Source: Pirellulales bacterium
Lineage (GTDB): Bacteria; Planctomycetota; Planctomycetia; Pirellulales; PALSA-1355
Reading direction: 5' to 3'
DNA length: 64,000 nt
Assembly: GCA_963733035.1 (NCBI GenBank)
Contig: CAVTBU010000005.1
Location: 1,728,001-1,792,000 of the forward strand
Made by a program: the position numbers and the translations under genes. Of the stretch, positions 20,951 to 32,453 are shown in pieces. Within the stretch, counting starts at the first letter, position 1. The number at the start of each line of letters is the position of its first letter. The notes under the pieces were generated by a model that was given only the letters and a program-made list of their open reading frames with translations, searched no databases and was not told the DNA's origin.

Positions 20951-22306
20951 TCAAAACATGCCGCCACCCATTCCGCCGCCCATCATGCCGCCACCCATGC
21001 CACCCATCATCCCGCCCCCCATGCCGCCGCCACCCATCATTCCACCCCCCATTCCGCCACCCATGCCACCCATCATCCCGCCCCCCATCATGCCCATGCC
21101 ACCCATCATTCCGCCTCCCATCATGGAGCGAATGGGGATGACCAGATCGGCCACGGGGTAGGCCTTGGTGACGAGCTCGGTTTCGGCCTTGTCTTGCGTG
21201 GTAATCAGCAAGACTTCGTCCTTGACGATGTAGGTGAGGTCGTACTCGCCGAGCAGCAGCCGCAAGGCGGACTTGAGCGAGATGCCGTTGACGTTTCTGG
21301 TGACCGGCGTCTCGGAGCCAACGCCCGCGTCTTCCAACGCGCGGTTGTCGAGTTGGATTTCGATGTCGTGGTAGTCCTTGAGGTAGGCCACCGCGTCCTG
21401 CAACGGCATTTCGGTGAACTCCATCCTGGTCGGCGACTCCAGGGCTTCCTGAATCTTCTTCTCGGCGGGCGAGACCTTTTTCAAATCGGTCGAAACGTAC
21501 CGCTTCCGCCGCTCCGTCAGCTCTTGCCAGAGGTCCGCCGGCGGATAGACCACGGGCTGATCATCGGGAAACGGCATCAGCGCCACCTCGACCGTTCCCA
21601 GGGTATCCACCACGGCTTTCTGCCGTGCCATTCGCAACGCCAGGTCCGCCTGCCGGGCGCCGGTCATATGAGCCGTCAAGGCGGCCGATTGCCCGATCGG
21701 CAAGTTGGGATCGAGGTGGGCCACCTCCATCTCGCCGATTTCATCCGCCGCCACGTAGCGGCCTTCCTCCATCAGCGAATTGAAGCGATCCATCAGTTGC
21801 TTCACTTTCTCTTCCTTGCGAACCAGCGCCTGGCCGATGCGCATGCGATCGAGTGAGGCGGCCTCGGCGACCTCGCGTTGGCGGTCGAGGGTGTCCTTGG
21901 TCACCTCGACGCGTGACGCCTCGCGTAGCGCGGCTTCCAGTTGCCTGCGCAATTGCGCGCGAACTTCGGCCTTCAGTTCGGGCGTTTTGACCACGCGCTC
22001 CATCACGAGTTTCAGCGATTGGCGGACTTCCTCCGGGTTGTCCGCCATTTTGGCCCGCGCCGCGCGCAGCGCGCTCTCGGTCTCGGTTTCGACCTGCTGC
22101 GTGACAAGGCGGCGGCGTTGTTCGAGCGTCTCGAGCAGGCGTCCCGGCGGTTCATCACGTTCCGTCATTTCGCCGCTGCGAGACGGCAGCGCGGCAAAGC
22201 GGTAACGCGGTTTGGAACTGCGTGGCGCCTGGGCAAGTGCGACCGCGCTGCCAAGGCTGAAGAAGGCCACAAAAACCAACAGTCCGCCACGTTTCGAGTA
22301 AAACAT
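20951..22306 (-). CDS. Secreted protein with secretin-N/STN-like domain and GGM-repeat tail (copy 1)
   Basis: Signal peptide …ALA|QA; EFTEMPLQDAVAYL…ISLKSALRLLL…LLITT…YPVADLV; (GGGM)n tail. Confidence 0.85.
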   Translation of the reverse strand: MFYSKRGGLLVFVAFFSLGSAVALAQAPRSSKPRYRFAALPSRSGEMTERDEPPGRLLETLEQRRRLVTQQVETETESALRAARAKMADNPEEVRQSLKLVMERVVKTPELKAEVRAQLRRQLEAALREASRVEVTKDTLDRQREVAEAASLDRMRIGQALVRKEEKVKQLMDRFNSLMEEGRYVAADEIGEMEVAHLDPNLPIGQSAALTAHMTGARQADLALRMARQKAVVDTLGTVEVALMPFPDDQPVVYPPADLWQELTERRKRYVSTDLKKVSPAEKKIQEALESPTRMEFTEMPLQDAVAYLKDYHDIEIQLDNRALEDAGVGSETPVTRNVNGISLKSALRLLLGEYDLTYIVKDEVLLITTQDKAETELVTKAYPVADLVIPIRSMMGGGMMGGMGMMGGGMMGGMGGGMGGGMMGGGGMGGGMMGGMGGGMMGGGMGGGMF

Positions 22307-22699
22307 GACACACCCTCAGGCTGAAGTGACTTGAGTCGTCAGCGCTGACAGCAGGTGCTTTGGTTGTGTCAATCACCACGACTCAACAATTGTCGAGGCT
22401 ACTTCTGCCGCATTCGCATATCCAGCGCACGATCGCGCGACGCAAGCTGCGAACTTTTCATTTGAACCACCAAAAACAACGATGTGGTTCGAGTGGAAAA
22501 ACCGCTCAGTTTCGCGGTAAAAATGGCCCACGCTCGTTAAAGAACGCGAAGTCGCGCGCCCATTTGGCCTTTAGAAATGCTGTCCGATTTTTAATCGAGA
22601 CGCGGCCGAATTTATTTTCTGCAAGAATCATTATCCTTACGATCCTGCAAGGCTTTGGTGCCGCAAGGATCTTCGTTAGAGACGCACCACGTGGCTCCG

Positions 22700-22812
22700 C
22701 TCGCAGACGGATTCCGCTGCGCGGCAATCGACGCAAGCCAACTCAACCGATAGCTTTGTTTGATCGACGAGTCTCGGCATTGCCGATCCAGGCCAATTCG
22801 GTGCCGGCAGCA
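22700..22812 (-). pseudogene. Degenerate 5' fragment of mtnA
   Basis: Translates RLVDQTKLSVELACVDCRAAESVCE, versus mtnA RLIDQTQLPGELSYVDCHDAETVWE. The start codon/RBS segment is deleted. Confidence 0.85.
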
Positions 22813-22852
22813 GGGCGGTTCGCGGACGATCAGACAGGATTAACGACGGCTG

Positions 22853-24189
22853 TCAAAACATGCCGCGTCCCATGCCGCCACCCATGCCACCCATCATCCC
22901 GCCCCCCATGCCGCCGCCACCCATCATTCCACCCCCCATGCCGCCACCCATGCCACCCATCATCCCGCCTCCCATCATTCCGCCACCCATCATGCCACCG
23001 CGCATCATGGAGCGAATGGGGATGACCAGATCGGCCACGGGGTAGGCCTTGGTGACGAGCTCGGTTTCGGCCTTGTCTTGCGTGGTAATCAGCAAGACTT
23101 CGTCCTTGACGATGTAGGTGAGGTCGTACTCGCCGAGCAGCAGCCGCAAGGCGGACTTGAGCGAGATGCCGTTGACGTTTCTGGTGACCGGCGTCTCGGA
23201 GCCAACGCCCGCGTCTTCCAACGCGCGGTTGTCGAGTTGGATTTCGATGTCGTGGTAGTCCTTGAGGTAGGCCACCGCGTCCTGCAACGGCATTTCGGTG
23301 AACTCCATCCTGGTCGGCGACTCCAGGGCTTCCTGAATCTTCTTCTCGGCGGGCGAGACCTTTTTCAAATCGGTCGAAACGTACCGCTTCCGCCGCTCCG
23401 TCAGCTCTTGCCAGAGGTCCGCCGGCGGATAGACCACGGGCTGATCATCGGGAAACGGCATCAGCGCCACCTCGACCGTTCCCAGGGTATCCACCACGGC
23501 TTTCTGCCGTGCCATTCGCAACGCCAGGTCCGCCTGCCGGGCGCCGGTCATATGAGCCGTCAAGGCGGCCGATTGCCCGATCGGCAAGTTGGGATCGAGG
23601 TGGGCCACCTCCATCTCGCCGATTTCATCCGCCGCCACGTAGCGGCCTTCCTCCATCAGCGAATTGAAGCGATCCATCAGTTGCTTCACTTTCTCTTCCT
23701 TGCGAACCAGCGCCTGGCCGATGCGCATGCGATCGAGTGAGGCGGCCTCGGCGACCTCGCGTTGGCGGTCGAGGGTGTCCTTGGTCACCTCGACGCGTGA
23801 CGCCTCGCGTAGCGCGGCTTCCAGTTGCCTGCGCAATTGCGCGCGAACTTCGGCCTTCAGTTCGGGCGTTTTGACCACGCGCTCCATCACGAGTTTCAGC
23901 GATTGGCGGACTTCCTCCGGGTTGTCCGCCATTTTGGCCCGCGCCGCGCAAGCGCGCTCTCGGTCTCGGTTTCGACCTGCTGCGTGACAAGGCGGCGGCG
24001 TTGTTCGAGCGTCTCGAGCAGGCGTCCCGGCGGTTCATCACGTTCCGTCATTTCGCCGCTGCGAGACGGCAGCGCGGCAAAGCGGTAACGCGGTTTGGAA
24101 CTGCGTGGCGCCTGGGCAAGTGCGACCGCGCTGCCAAGGCTGAAGAGGAGCAAGAATGACAACAACCCGCCGAACTTTGAGCAAAACAT
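22853..24189 (-). CDS. Secreted secretin-N-like, GGM-tailed protein (copy 2; 1-nt frameshift ~23950)
   Basis: N-terminus MFCSKFGGLL… lies in ORF 23896..24234; the rest is in 22853..23932. Confidence 0.85.
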
Positions 24190-24681
24190 GACATCCCCCC
24201 CTGGCTTCAGTGACGTGAGTCGCCAGCGCGACACCAGGAAACTCGGGTCCTGTCGCTCATTCGACTCCGCATCGTCGAGCCTACTGATTGAGTATCTGCG
24301 TTACCAACGTCCAATCGCGCGGAGCTTGCCGCGGACATTGTGTTTGAGATGTCCAAAAAAAGTCGGGCTTTGAAGGGCGAATTCGGCAAGATACCCGGCC
24401 AACACAGCCCAAGTTGGTTGCCGGCAGCCGAGTTGTGTTCCGTTTGGCTCACTAAAATGCTGTCCGAGTTTTAACCGGGACGCGGCCAAAATTAATTTGT
24501 GAACTAATGATTCGTCTTACGATCCCGCAAGGTTTTGCGGCGGCAGCGGTCAGCGATGCTGGTCGACGGTTCGCCGACGCGCGCCGCTATGACAGCCCTC
24601 GCCGGCTCTTTGCAACCGCTGGGGCACGTGCTAACCTACCGAACGGACGGTAGGTATACGGTGCCCAGTGCGAGCGACGTC

Positions 24682-25152
24682 ATGCAATCCAGCGAACTAC
24701 CAGCGGCCGTGGCCAAGCTGCTCGAAGGTTACCCGATCGTGGTGACCACGATGGTCGCTTGGGGCGATATGGACGCCAACCGGCACGTGAACAACGTCAT
24801 CTACTTTCGCTACATCGAACACGCGCGGCTGCACTACTTCGGCGTGTTGGGCTTTTCGCAATCGCAGCAGGAGACCGGCGTCGGCCCGATTCTGGCCTGG
24901 GCCGACTGTCGCTTTCGCCGGCCGCTCGACTATCCCGATACGGTTTCGATCGGAACGCGAATTCGCGACGTCGAGAGCGACCGCTTCTTGATGGACTCGG
25001 TCATCGTCAGCCACAAACTGGGCGACATTGCGGCCCACGGGCAGCAAAAGCTGGTATCGTACGACTACCGTCTGAATCAGAAGGCGCCGCTCCCCGAACA
25101 AGTGCGCCGGCGAATCGCGGAAATCGAAGCGGGCCGTGGTTCGCAAGAATAA
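24682..25152 (+). CDS. Acyl-CoA thioesterase (4HBT/YbgC family)
   Basis: VAWGDMDANRHVNNVIYFRYIEHAR. Confidence 0.9.
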   Translation: MQSSELPAAVAKLLEGYPIVVTTMVAWGDMDANRHVNNVIYFRYIEHARLHYFGVLGFSQSQQETGVGPILAWADCRFRRPLDYPDTVSIGTRIRDVESDRFLMDSVIVSHKLGDIAAHGQQKLVSYDYRLNQKAPLPEQVRRRIAEIEAGRGSQE

Positions 25153-25206
25153 GCCCCAGCCATTCACCTACAAACCTTCTCCATAACTCAAGAGCGGACA
25201 GGACCC

Positions 25207-25971
25207 ATGAGCAATACGATCAAACTCGATGGCCGCGTGGCCATCGTCACCGGCGGCGGCCGCGGGATTGGCAAGGCGATTACCAAGCGACTGGCCGCGG
25301 CCGGCGCCAACGTGGCCATCGCCAGCCGCAAGCTGGAAAACCTGCAGGCCACGGCCGACGAATTCGCCGACTTGCCCGGCAAGATCCTGCCCGTCGAGTG
25401 CCACGTCGGTCGCAAGGATCAACTCGAGAACCTGGTGGCCACGGTCGAGAAGGAATTCGGACCCACCGACATCTTGGTGAACAACAGCGCCACGAACATC
25501 GGCCAGGGGCCGTCGCTCGACGTGACCGACGAAATGATCGACAAGATGGTTGAAGTGAACATCAAGGCCGCCGTTCGTCTCGTCCGTTTGACCGTGCCCG
25601 GCATGATGAAAAAGAACAAGGGCTCCATCGTCAACATCGCCTCGATCGCCGGCCTGCACCCGCAGCCAGGCGGGCTGTTGTACAGCTTCACGAAGGCCGG
25701 CCTGATCATGATGACGCGCACCTGGGCGTGCGAGTTTGGAAAAAAAGGCGTCCGCGTGAACGCGATCGCTCCCGGCTTGATTCAGACTGATTTCAGCGAG
25801 TTTTTCTGGAAGAACGAAGGTCACGTCAAGCGTCTGGAGGCCACGCAGCCGATTCCGAGGGTCGGCCAGATCGATGAGATTGGCTTTGGCGCTCTTTACC
25901 TGGCGTCGGATGAATCCTCATTCGTGACGGGTCAGGTTCTCGTGATCGACGGCGGTGCCACGGCGATGTAA
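25207..25971 (+). CDS. Short-chain dehydrogenase/reductase
   Basis: [17 protein letters not shown] and VNAIAPG motifs. Confidence 0.95.
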   Translation: MSNTIKLDGRVAIVTGGGRGIGKAITKRLAAAGANVAIASRKLENLQATADEFADLPGKILPVECHVGRKDQLENLVATVEKEFGPTDILVNNSATNIGQGPSLDVTDEMIDKMVEVNIKAAVRLVRLTVPGMMKKNKGSIVNIASIAGLHPQPGGLLYSFTKAGLIMMTRTWACEFGKKGVRVNAIAPGLIQTDFSEFFWKNEGHVKRLEATQPIPRVGQIDEIGFGALYLASDESSFVTGQVLVIDGGATAM

Positions 25972-26001
25972 GCGGCACCCGATCAAAGCACTACGCGAAC
26001 C

Positions 26002-26042
26002 AAGAAACAGGGCACGCGACGACCGATTCGCCGCGTGCCCTG
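26002..26042 (-). terminator. Hairpin terminator between the convergent SDR and Cys-rich genes
   Basis: CAGGGCACGCG…CGCGTGCCCTG stem, followed on the minus strand by TTTCTT. Confidence 0.6.
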
Positions 26043-26078
26043 CTCGTTGTTACAACCCTGTGCGTTGTGACGACAAGG

Positions 26079-26480
26079 TCACTTGCTGAGGGCCACGTTT
26101 GCGTGGCAGCAAGTCTCGCCGCTTTCGCAGCAGGCTGCCAACTCCTCGCAGCAACCGGCCGTGAGGGCCGTTTGCTTGTCGTCGTCCGTGCCGCAGCAGG
26201 CCTTGGCCTCCTCGCAGCATGACTCTCCGTCGCTGCAGCAGGCCTGAGGCGTATCGCAGCACTCCTTGCCTTTGTCGCAGCAAGCCATGCCCTTGTCGCA
26301 GCAGCCGAGCTTGGCAGGAGCGGCGCAACAGGCCGACCCTTCCTTGCAACAGGCAAGCTTGGCATCGCAACAGTTCTTCTTGGCCTGCGGTGCGGCATCC
26401 GCCGCCCAAACCGTGGCCACAAGTAGCGCTCCGACAGCGAGCAATCCGCTTGCCAGAGCCAAATGCGTCTTCGTAAACAT
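26079..26480 (-). CDS. Secreted Cys-rich (CC-repeat) protein, metallothionein-like
   Basis: Signal peptide, then 12 CC pairs mostly at 7-residue spacing; GGAG RBS. Confidence 0.8.
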   Translation of the reverse strand: MFTKTHLALASGLLAVGALLVATVWAADAAPQAKKNCCDAKLACCKEGSACCAAPAKLGCCDKGMACCDKGKECCDTPQACCSDGESCCEEAKACCGTDDDKQTALTAGCCEELAACCESGETCCHANVALSK

Positions 26481-26594
26481 GAGAATATCTCCAATTGCTA
26501 ATCGTTAGAAAAACGGAACCGTGGTAGAAATCGCCAGGCGCGCACGGCAAAACCGTTTGAAAACATCAAGCGGAAAGCGATGCGCGCGGCACGA

Positions 26595-26990
26595 TTACAA
26601 GCGCCACTGGCAATGGAGAATTTGCAGCGGTGGAGCTTCCGCAATGGTGAAACTCGCATGCGCGACCGGAGAGATCGCCAACGCATTTGGAAGCGGCAGC
26701 ATGTCGAATGCCATCAACGGCTGCGCTTCGGCCAAGGGCTTTTCCACCCCCGGAGCGATCGGATCGAGCCGGCAGCAGTCGCCTCGACAGGGCTCGCCGT
26801 TGCCAGGTGCCGGCTGTTCCGCCGGTACGCTTTGTTCCGCACAACACGAGCGGACCGGCTCGGTAGCCGCTTGCGGTTCGGCCGCGTCTTGTTTGACGTG
26901 GCACGGGCTGGCAAGGAAGGCACAGGGCGACAGCGGAAATGCCACCGTCACCATGCAGAGCCAGACCAGCGTTGTGCCCAATGCGTGCAT
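26595..26990 (-). CDS. Cys-containing exported leader-like protein (DUF2946/CutF-like architecture)
   Basis: Hydrophobic N-terminus, SCC and CxxxCC motifs, Pro-rich C-terminus ending APPLQILHCQWRL. Confidence 0.65.
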   Translation of the reverse strand: MHALGTTLVWLCMVTVAFPLSPCAFLASPCHVKQDAAEPQAATEPVRSCCAEQSVPAEQPAPGNGEPCRGDCCRLDPIAPGVEKPLAEAQPLMAFDMLPLPNALAISPVAHASFTIAEAPPLQILHCQWRL

Positions 26991-27078
26991 ATCAGGATTA
27001 TACGAACGCGGCTGCCGGAAGTTCGTTAAACAGCTTGCTGGTTCGCACGAACCGGACGCAAACAACAACCGCAAAGCG

Positions 27079-28206
27079 TTAGCTGCAAATAGTTTGTTTC
27101 TGTTGGAGCGCCGCCAGTGAAATTACCGGCAGCTTTTCGACGGGGAGATCGGCCAAGGTCTGCGATGACTCGGCCGGAAGAATAATCCGACCCTGGCTAC
27201 CTGCCAAGAGCGTTTCCCACCGCTCGCGTCCAAAGGCTGGGCCGACACCCCGAAGCGACGGCGCCATTTGCGCCGGCGATCCTGGCGGAAGCTGCACCAT
27301 ATGGCTGGCCTGCTCGACCATGCCGGAGGCCCGCTGAGGGTCATTGCCCAGGTGCAGCACCACGCACAACTGCGGCTGCTGGGGATGGGTTGCGATGGCC
27401 TCGCATAGCTCGCGCATCTGCCCATGCAGCGCCTTCGGCGGTTGATTCCAATCGGGAAAAGCCACCAGGTTGATCTCGCGCAATTGCAACGTGGCTCGTA
27501 TGGCTTGGAATCGTGCCTGCCGCAGTGCATCAAAGAGGCCGCGATAGATCCACAAATAGTGTTCCGGATGCACCAGCGACAGCGGCGGCAGATTGCCATC
27601 GGCCTCGAATACCGCCGCCAGCGGTGGATAGTCATGCAGACGCTGGCGCTGCACGTAAAAGAGCAGGTTTTGCGAATACCAGCGGGCAACCTCCGTGTTC
27701 CGCCAGAGCTTTCGCCGCAAGGCATCGACGGCCACGTAGTCATGCCGAGCAAACAAGCGGTACCAATACTCGGGCCACTGTTCGTTGATATGGTCTTCGC
27801 CCTGTTGAAATGGTATCGCGGCCGAAAACAAAACGACCGGGGCCAGCCCGACCAGCGAATCCACGAGTGTTTGTGCACTCTCGCTCGGCAAGTGCTCTGC
27901 AACTTCCAGGCACATCGCCAAGTCGAATCGGCGATCGAGGTGCAGCGGCTGCGTCAGCTCGTGGGCCACGAACCGCTGGGGCTCGATCAACAATTGCGTT
28001 TGCGAAACGTAGCTGCCATCGACGCCGAGATAGTCCGTTATGCCCGCCGCCTCGATTTCGCTTAGCCAGGTACCGATGCCGCAGCCGACGTCGACCACGC
28101 TTTTGACAGGCACCATCTTCAGCAGCAACGGTACTGTTTGTGCGGCGCTCTGCCGCGACAACGACTCGTGCTGGGCGAAGAAGGCGGAGTCGTAATGGTT
28201 ACTCAT
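27079..28206 (-). CDS. Class I SAM-dependent methyltransferase with extra C-terminal domain
   Basis: VVDVGCGIG, FDLAMCLEVAEHL and FSAAIP…HINEQ motifs. Confidence 0.88.
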   Translation of the reverse strand: MSNHYDSAFFAQHESLSRQSAAQTVPLLLKMVPVKSVVDVGCGIGTWLSEIEAAGITDYLGVDGSYVSQTQLLIEPQRFVAHELTQPLHLDRRFDLAMCLEVAEHLPSESAQTLVDSLVGLAPVVLFSAAIPFQQGEDHINEQWPEYWYRLFARHDYVAVDALRRKLWRNTEVARWYSQNLLFYVQRQRLHDYPPLAAVFEADGNLPPLSLVHPEHYLWIYRGLFDALRQARFQAIRATLQLREINLVAFPDWNQPPKALHGQMRELCEAIATHPQQPQLCVVLHLGNDPQRASGMVEQASHMVQLPPGSPAQMAPSLRGVGPAFGRERWETLLAGSQGRIILPAESSQTLADLPVEKLPVISLAALQQKQTICS

Positions 28207-28225
28207 ACATGCCACGCAGGCGGCA

Positions 28226-30694
<2,469 letters not shown>

Positions 30695-30698
<4 letters not shown>

Positions 30699-31024
30699 CG
30701 GCCGGTCTCCTGTTCTTCTGGTGCGGCCAATTTATCGCGTTCGCTTCGCCGCGTGCGCACCCCATCGAGCCACATGGCCCCGAACGTGGCCGCACCCAAT
30801 AGCCCCAGTTCACCCGCCATGACCGACACGCCGTGGCGGTCTAGCAGGCTCATCAGCCCGGGCCCTTCGTCGGTTTGGGCCACGGCGCGATAGGCCATCG
30901 TGCCATAGGCAAACGTGGTCACGGCGAACGCCACGCCCAAAGCAATCACCAGGGCATAAAACGGATTGAACGGTTCTTTCGGTTTGGCCACACGAAATCC
31001 TGCTTCGACAACAAGAGCCGCCAT
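30695..31024 (-). CDS. Small two-TM membrane protein
   Basis: NPFYALVIALGVAFAVTTFAY plus a second helix; overlaps the cupin start. Confidence 0.7.
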
Positions 31025-31095
31025 TTGCGGCCGTCAAGCAATTATAGCAGCCGTACCGACGGGCGAGAGAGGGGTGCTGCGACGGGCAGCATTGC

Positions 31096-32418
31096 CTATC
31101 GCAATTGATCGACCAGTTGCACGAAACGCCGTCCGCGATCCTCGAAATCGCGGAATTGGTCGAAACTGGCGCAGGCCGGCGAGAGCAGGACGGACTCGCC
31201 GGGAGCCGAGTTTTCATAGCACCAAGCAAGTGCCTCTTCCATCGTTTCGCCTGCATGCAGTGGATGATTCCGATCGCACGCAGCGATGCTCGCCTGCAAT
31301 CGATTTCGAGCTTGCCCAAATACGGCAATCCCGCGCGTTCGCTTCGCGGCGGTGGCCGCGAGTTTGTCAAAACACGTTCCTTTTGCGGCGCCGCCCGCCA
31401 GCAGCCAAACCGGGCCTTCGACAGCTGCCAACGCTGCGATCGTGGCACCAGGTGAAGTCGCCTTGGAATCGTTGTAAAACGTTCGCCCGCGCACCTGGCA
31501 GACGCACTCGATTCGATACGGCAGCCCACGATATTCCGCAAGCCTCTGCCTGATCACACCCGGTGAGATTCCGGCCGCTTCCGCCGCGGCAGCCGCGCAG
31601 GCGGCATTCTGTCGATTGTGTTCGCCCGGAACGAGCAGCCTGGGAATCCGGTCCAGATCCCACCCGCTCCTCGCGACTCTTTTGCAATCTCGCTGCCACG
31701 AAGTGACGACCGGGTCATGTAAGTTGCATATAACCGAACTGCAATCCAGCAGCCGTCGCTTGGCGGCGGCATACTCGGCCTGCGTCCCGTGCCAGTCGAG
31801 ATGATTGGGCGTGCAATTGGTAAGCACGGCGATTTCCGGTAGCCGGGCGACGGCTGTCAGATGGGCCAATTGGAAGCTGCTCAGTTCGAGCACGACCCAG
31901 TCCTCCGCGGTCATCCGGTCCAGTTCGCCCAGCAGGCTGCCACCGATATTGCCGCCCAGCCAGGTGCGGTGGCCGCCAGCCCGCAACATTTCGGCGAGCA
32001 TCGTGACCGTGGTTGACTTGCCATTCGAGCCGCTGACGCCGATCGCGCGTGCACCGCAGCGCTGGAGAAACAGTTCGATCTCCGAAGTAAGTTCTGCTCC
32101 GGCAGTGCGTGCGATTTGCAGGCAGGGGTGGTCCGGCCGAACCGCCGGATTCACGACGACGACTTCGGCTGCGCGAAAATCGCGTTCGTCGTGACCGCCG
32201 AGGTGTAAGGCGTGAACCGCGACGTCCGCGAGTTGGGCCAGCGATTCGGAAAGGACGTCGGCATTGGCCGTATCGCTAATCGTGACGCGGGCGCCTTGCT
32301 GGGCGAGATACCGAGCGGCGCCAAGTCCGCCGCCGTGTCGCCCCAGCCCCATCGCGGTCACATGACGATCGGTCCAGTTCTGTGCGCTGCGAGTCTTGCG
32401 AAGTGTGGCCAGTGGCAT
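31096..32418 (-). CDS. murD: UDP-MurNAc-L-Ala:D-Glu ligase
   Basis: GLGRHGGG, GSNGKSTT, VLELSSFQL, NHLDWH, YNDSKAT and LLSPACASFDQF motifs. Confidence 0.95.
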   Translation of the reverse strand: MPLATLRKTRSAQNWTDRHVTAMGLGRHGGGLGAARYLAQQGARVTISDTANADVLSESLAQLADVAVHALHLGGHDERDFRAAEVVVVNPAVRPDHPCLQIARTAGAELTSEIELFLQRCGARAIGVSGSNGKSTTVTMLAEMLRAGGHRTWLGGNIGGSLLGELDRMTAEDWVVLELSSFQLAHLTAVARLPEIAVLTNCTPNHLDWHGTQAEYAAAKRRLLDCSSVICNLHDPVVTSWQRDCKRVARSGWDLDRIPRLLVPGEHNRQNAACAAAAAEAAGISPGVIRQRLAEYRGLPYRIECVCQVRGRTFYNDSKATSPGATIAALAAVEGPVWLLAGGAAKGTCFDKLAATAAKRTRGIAVFGQARNRLQASIAACDRNHPLHAGETMEEALAWCYENSAPGESVLLSPACASFDQFRDFEDRGRRFVQLVDQLR

Positions 32419-32453
32419 TGGCTTCCTGCCTTTGCACGCGTTTTGCGACGCGG

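Larger units (their letters stand above)
20758..24550. repeat. Tandem duplication (units ~20758-22670 and ~22700-24550, offset ~1.88 kb)
   Basis: 21119-22263 matches 23003-24146 apart from one indel site. Upstream regions (22575-22665 vs 24455-24545) and downstream regions are homologous but diverged. Confidence 0.93.

Noticed and set aside
20955..21125. Repetitive CCGCCACCCAT tract (also 22860-23005) as a CRISPR array or a Pro-rich plus-strand gene
   Set aside because: It is the antisense of the Gly/Met codon tail. There is no repeat-spacer structure and no cas genes.
21119..24146. Diversity-generating retroelement template/variable repeat pair
   Set aside because: No adenine-specific mismatches between the copies and no reverse transcriptase nearby.
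31096..32418. murD in a planctomycete-like genome as a surprise
   Set aside because: Peptidoglycan synthesis in planctomycetes is established.
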